Shown here piece by piece: positions 57,121 through 64,000 of a stretch of 64,000 nt of DNA; within the stretch, counting starts at the first letter, position 1, and each line of letters opens with the position of its first letter. The notes under the pieces are model-generated. The model had not been told where the DNA came from. It worked only from the letters and a program-made list of their open reading frames with translations, and did not search any database. Where the stretch lies: the NCBI GenBank assembly GCA_039096225.1, contig JBBPEB010000025.1, positions 434,001 through 498,000 of the forward strand, read 5' to 3'. The stretch is from Blastocystis sp. Blastoise. Its lineage: Eukaryota > Protista > Bigyra: Opalinata. The position numbers and the translations under genes are program-made.

Positions 57121-57429
57121 TTTTTAAGTATTGATCGTATCTAAAGAAGTTCTTATAAGTATAGAAATACATATCTTATTACTCAGAGATAAATTGGTTG
57201 TAAAAGAAGAGATATTCAAAAAATATTGAAAATTCTAAGAAATTCTTGGAAATTTGAACATTTCTCTTTTTCTTTTTTTTCCAAAAATAAATTAGAAATT
57301 TTGGCGACTTTTGATCAAATTCTCGCTATTTTTGGGAAGAATCTACTTTTCATTTTCTGGTCATAGTATAGTTTCATATATCACTTGATCTCTTTGTGTA
57401 ATCATCTGTTGTTTCTGTAAGAATTAAAC

Positions 57430-59509
<2,080 letters not shown>

Positions 59510-59907
59510 ACATTATGTATTTAATAAATATATATTAATATCATATTCGAAAGCTATATAAATATACATAGGGGTTGAATTATTTATATATATTGTTTTT
59601 ATTTTATTTTTACATTTTTATTTATCCTCTAATTTCTAATATATATATTCTTTGTTAATTCTAGTTTTTTTTTTATTATTCAATTAAGTATTTTTTATAT
59701 ATATAAAATATTTAACGTAAATGAACAAAACTTTTAAAAGAATTGAAATATTTTTTATATAAAGCAAAACCAAAAAACAAACAAACAAAAGAAATAAAAA
59801 GTGCCTCTTATACTATATATATAAATATATTTATAAGAAATACTAAAAGACAAAAACCTAACAAGAAAACAACTAAATAATGAATTATGTAATAATAATA
59901 TTATCTT

Positions 59908-60154
59908 TTAATGTAGATTGAATCCATCATTATCATTATCATCATCATCATCATCATCATTATCATCTTCATCATCATTATCAAATATAGTTCCTTTTGT
60001 TGTTAAATGTAATATATCTATTATAGGAACTACCCCTTCTTCTAAGAAATAATCTTGTCTTTCTTTTTCTATAGGTATATATAATCCTTTTTTCATTTGA
60101 TCTTTTGTCCAGGATTCTAACAAACCATTTAATAAAGGAAACCAATCATAATTA

Positions 60155-60198
<44 letters not shown>

Positions 60199-61914
60199 TT
60201 AATATTGCTATAATTATATAGAATTAGTATAGAATTTAATATAAAATATATACAGTTCTAATTCATCTGAATCTTGCTGAATATTGATTAACTGCTGTTT
60301 AATTAACTCTTCAGTTTCTGTTTTAGATTGCTATATTTAATAGATATAAATATATATAAATATAAATATAAATATATATATATATACTTCATATTTATCA
60401 AGCCTTTCTTTTTCATTTGGTTTTAATGAATTAATATCGTTATTAATTATGTTAATAAATAATTTTAATAAAAGTTATAGAATAATAAAAGTAATAGAAT
60501 AAATATATTAATAAAACAATAAATATAATAATAAATATAATAATATATACCGTTATTATATATAGAGATCATTTGAATTAATTGATTTCTTTTTTCTCTT
60601 AAAATACTTAATTCACTTTTATGAACACAAAATATATGTATATCTTTCATATAATCTTTTGTACTAAGAATATATATATATATATATATAGAATAGAATA
60701 AAAAAATGATACTCAATAAGAAAAAATAATAATAATAAATACTTAATTAAAGAAGCTATATATTTTTTAATACACTGATAACCAATTTCAGCCATTTCTG
60801 AAGTCATCTTAGTATCGTTTAAAGGACTGATTTCAAATTCAGATAATTTTTCAGCACCATCTTTTAAAGAATCAATTACATAGATATTCCCGTGGTTTTG
60901 AACAACAGAAAAATAATGAGGAATTTCATCCTAAAAAAGTATATATAATTATATAAGTAAAGAATAATAATATATAATTAACGAAACATAAATAGAAAAT
61001 AAAAATATAATATATATTAATGTAAATATTTATAGATATTAATATAAATAATAATAATATATATACGCTCATATCTTCAGCAATAGACATTAATTCTGTA
61101 GGATTATAATCATGAAAGAAACTATTATTAATATTCTGAATTGTTTTATTTTCAGTTATATTCATAGCTATATAATAATAATAATAATTATTATTATTTT
61201 TTTTATTATTAATAAAAGGACATACTTAGATCAAATACATTCAAAACATAGGAGATTGAATAAATTGAGTGTAATAAATCATCTATATAATAATAATATA
61301 ATAATAAATAAAAAAATAAATATAAATAAAATAATAAATAAAATAATAAATAAAATAATAAATAAAATAATAAATAAAAATATAAATAAAATATATAATA
61401 AAATATATAATAAAATATATAATAAAACAATAAAATAAAATAATAAATAAAAATATAAATAAAATAATAAATAAAATAGCCATACTATGTTCAATTAATG
61501 AAGGATTATTTAAGAGAAGAGATAGTATAGCAAGTGTTCCACAAGAGTTACAAGTAGACTAATATCTTATAAATAAATAAAATATAAAAATAGATTTACT
61601 TCTGATAGAAAAATAGGAGAGTCTTTTTGATTCTTCTTTCTAGATTTTATATCATATAGATCTTCATCTTCTGTTTGTTGAACATAATCGGCATTCTCTT
61701 CATTCATATATACAATATACCCATAAATGTCTTGAAAGCTCTTTATTATTTCTAAAGAATCGGCCTTAATTTCTGTTACTTCTACATTATTGATTTCTAA
61801 TTGTTTAAAATATGAATCAAAGACACTTTTTTTTGGAGGTAGATCGTTCCATATAAATTGTTTTGTAGTGCTTAACACATAATCATCATCATTAAAATCT
61901 TGCATACTCATCAT
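59908..61914 (-). CDS. Divergent ubiquitin C-terminal hydrolase (peptidase C12, UCH37/UCHL5-like)
   Basis: IFLSE|ILVYSCGTLAILSLLLN, NINNSF, PHYFSVV..GNIYVIDSL, and C-terminal YDWFPLLNGLL resembling the ULD. Confidence 0.65.
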
Positions 61915-62110
61915 ATTGAATAATATAAAAAAATTTAAATATAAAAATATTCTTTCGAAATAAAACGAAATTACATCGTCTCTACCCATAATTTCCTTGG
62001 GAATCTTTTTTTGTGGTCAAACCACCCACTTTTTCTTTGTAAAAGATCAAAAGACTTTTAAAGTGATATTTCACCTTTATATTGACTATATATTTGATTT
62101 TTAAATAAGA

Positions 62111-62918
62111 ATGGCTGATCAAGCTCTTGAACAAAAGATTATAAAACAAGTTGAATTTTATTTTAGCGAAGCTAATTTAAAGAGAGATAAATTTATGCAA
62201 ACTACTATTGCTAACGATGCTGATAAAGCTGTCTCCATCGACACTTTAATGACTTTCAATCGTTTAAAGAAACTCTCTGAAGATAAAAACGTTATCATTG
62301 AAGCTCTTAAGAAATCTACTGAACTTACTGTACGTAGAATGTATTATTGTCGTTTTTTTTATCATTTTATTCTTATTTAGTTTTTTAACATATATTTTTT
62401 AAAATTGAAATACGTTTATATTACCTATATGCTTTATGTAGTTAACTGAAGATTCTCAAAAAGTCAAGGCTACTGTTATTCCTACTCAAATTGAAAAGAA
62501 TGCTAATTTATGTGTTCATCTTCGTGGTTTCCCTTTAAGTTGTAATCTCGATGATATTCTTAAGGGATTAGAACCTTATGGTGCTGTTCAATATATTGAA
62601 ATGAGAAGATTTAAAAATAAAGATTTTAAGGGAACTGTTAATGTTGAATTTAAGACTGAAGTATATTTATATTTATTTTGTTTATTATATTTATGCTTAT
62701 TTTGATTATGTTTATTATTATGATTATTATTATTATTATTATATATATATATATAGGAAGAAGCTAAGGCCTTTTTAGAAAAGACTATTATGTTTGCTGG
62801 ACAAGAAATTACTGATAAATCACTCTTGTATATATTATTATTATATTTATTATATTTATTATTATTATTATATATATATATATAGATCTACTCACAATGA
62901 AGAAAAGAAGAAGGCTGC

Positions 62919-62984
<66 letters not shown>

Positions 62985-63541
62985 TATAGTCTAAATATGC
63001 TATGCGTCCTAATTCTCTTCTTAAACTCACTGTTGAACCTGATGTTACTAAGGAAGAAATACTTACTATATTAGAACCATATCAATGGACTAATTTCTTC
63101 TTATATTTTATTCAAGGTGATAAGCATTGTATTGCTAGATTAGAAAATAAAGATAAATGTGAAGAAGCTAAAGCTCAATTATTAGATGTTCTCGTTAAAG
63201 GAAAGAAAATACGTCCTTTTATTTTAAGAGGTATATATATATATATATTATTATTATTATACTTATTATAATAAGTATAATCATAATAAATAATAAGTAC
63301 AATAAGTATAAGTATAATAATAATATATATAGGTAAACAAGCTAATGATGCCTGGTCTAAGGTTAAAGCTGCCATGCAAGCGGAAGAACAACAAGCACAA
63401 GAACCTAAAGAAGAACAACCTGCTTCTGTTAAGAGACCTGCTGAAGAAGAAACTGTTGAAGATAATAAGAAGACCAAACAAGAAGAAGAAGAAAAACCAA
63501 CTGAACCAGAAGCTCCTAAAGAAGAAGAAAAACAAGAATAA
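62111..63541 (+). CDS. SSB: La autoantigen homolog (La motif + RRMs)
   Basis: KIIKQVEFYFSEANLKRDKF, TFNRLKKL, VHLRGFP, FKGTVNVEF. Confidence 0.92.
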
Positions 63542-64000
63542 ATATATATTCCAATCATAAATATATATATATATATCTTTTTTTAAATAATTCTTTTCGA
63601 GTGAATTCTTTTATACTTATTTTTATAAAATTAATATATTGTATGTAATGCTTTGATTGTTATAAAAGTAATATCTCATTTATATTGTATTGTTTTATGA
63701 TTCCTTATATAAAATATATATTTCTACAAATAAAAATGATACACAACTTTCAGCAAAACAATTTCGTCATTAATTAATTTGACCAGAAACAGAATTCTTT
63801 TTTGCCAGTCAAATTTCTCAATTTTTTTTATAACTATTTTGACGTTTAATTCTGAATGAATATACATCTTTATATAGTTATTGGATTGTCAGTCACTTTA
63901 TGTGTTGCATCTATTGTTGGCTTATTTCTTAATTTTGGAAAACTCAATGATTTCTCATTAGATAGTATGATGTATACTAGTGATGAATATAAAAAAGTCT

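Noticed and set aside
59775-59790. TGTTTGTT motif suggesting Blastocystis-style stop codons created by polyadenylation
   Set aside because: All assembled genes already have genomic stop codons. The motif here lies over 100 nt past the UCH stop.

Overview
Very AT-rich (roughly 20% GC by eye), intron-dense eukaryotic nuclear DNA. Gene content (legumain, organellar EF-Tu, metaxin, U12-type introns) would fit an anaerobic stramenopile such as a low-GC Blastocystis-like lineage, but that is inference only. About 16 host genes can be assembled by hand: two unknown membrane proteins, MYG1, a dsRBD protein, legumain, a BTB/LRR-like protein, DDX59, TAF12, seipin, TSEN54, a DUF1765-like protein, eIF2beta, an aldo-keto reductase, metaxin, mitochondrial EF-Tu, a UCH37-like protein and La. 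The main discovery is a 16.2-kb hAT (Buster-like) DNA transposon at 24278-40490, bounded by an 8-bp target-site duplication and imperfect TIRs. Besides its transposase it carries an intron-containing, decaying ~7-kb fragment of the host gene UTP20, two tRNA-like Pol III units and a probable Ty3/gypsy relic. Other notable signals are two minor-spliceosome (U12) introns (AT-AC and AT-AA), a set of required introns whose GT/AG base is replaced by the neighbouring exon base (probably a polishing artefact), an atypical tRNA-like gene, and an over-represented CCCG(C/T)G motif. All gene models were spliced by eye, so internal exon boundaries are approximate.
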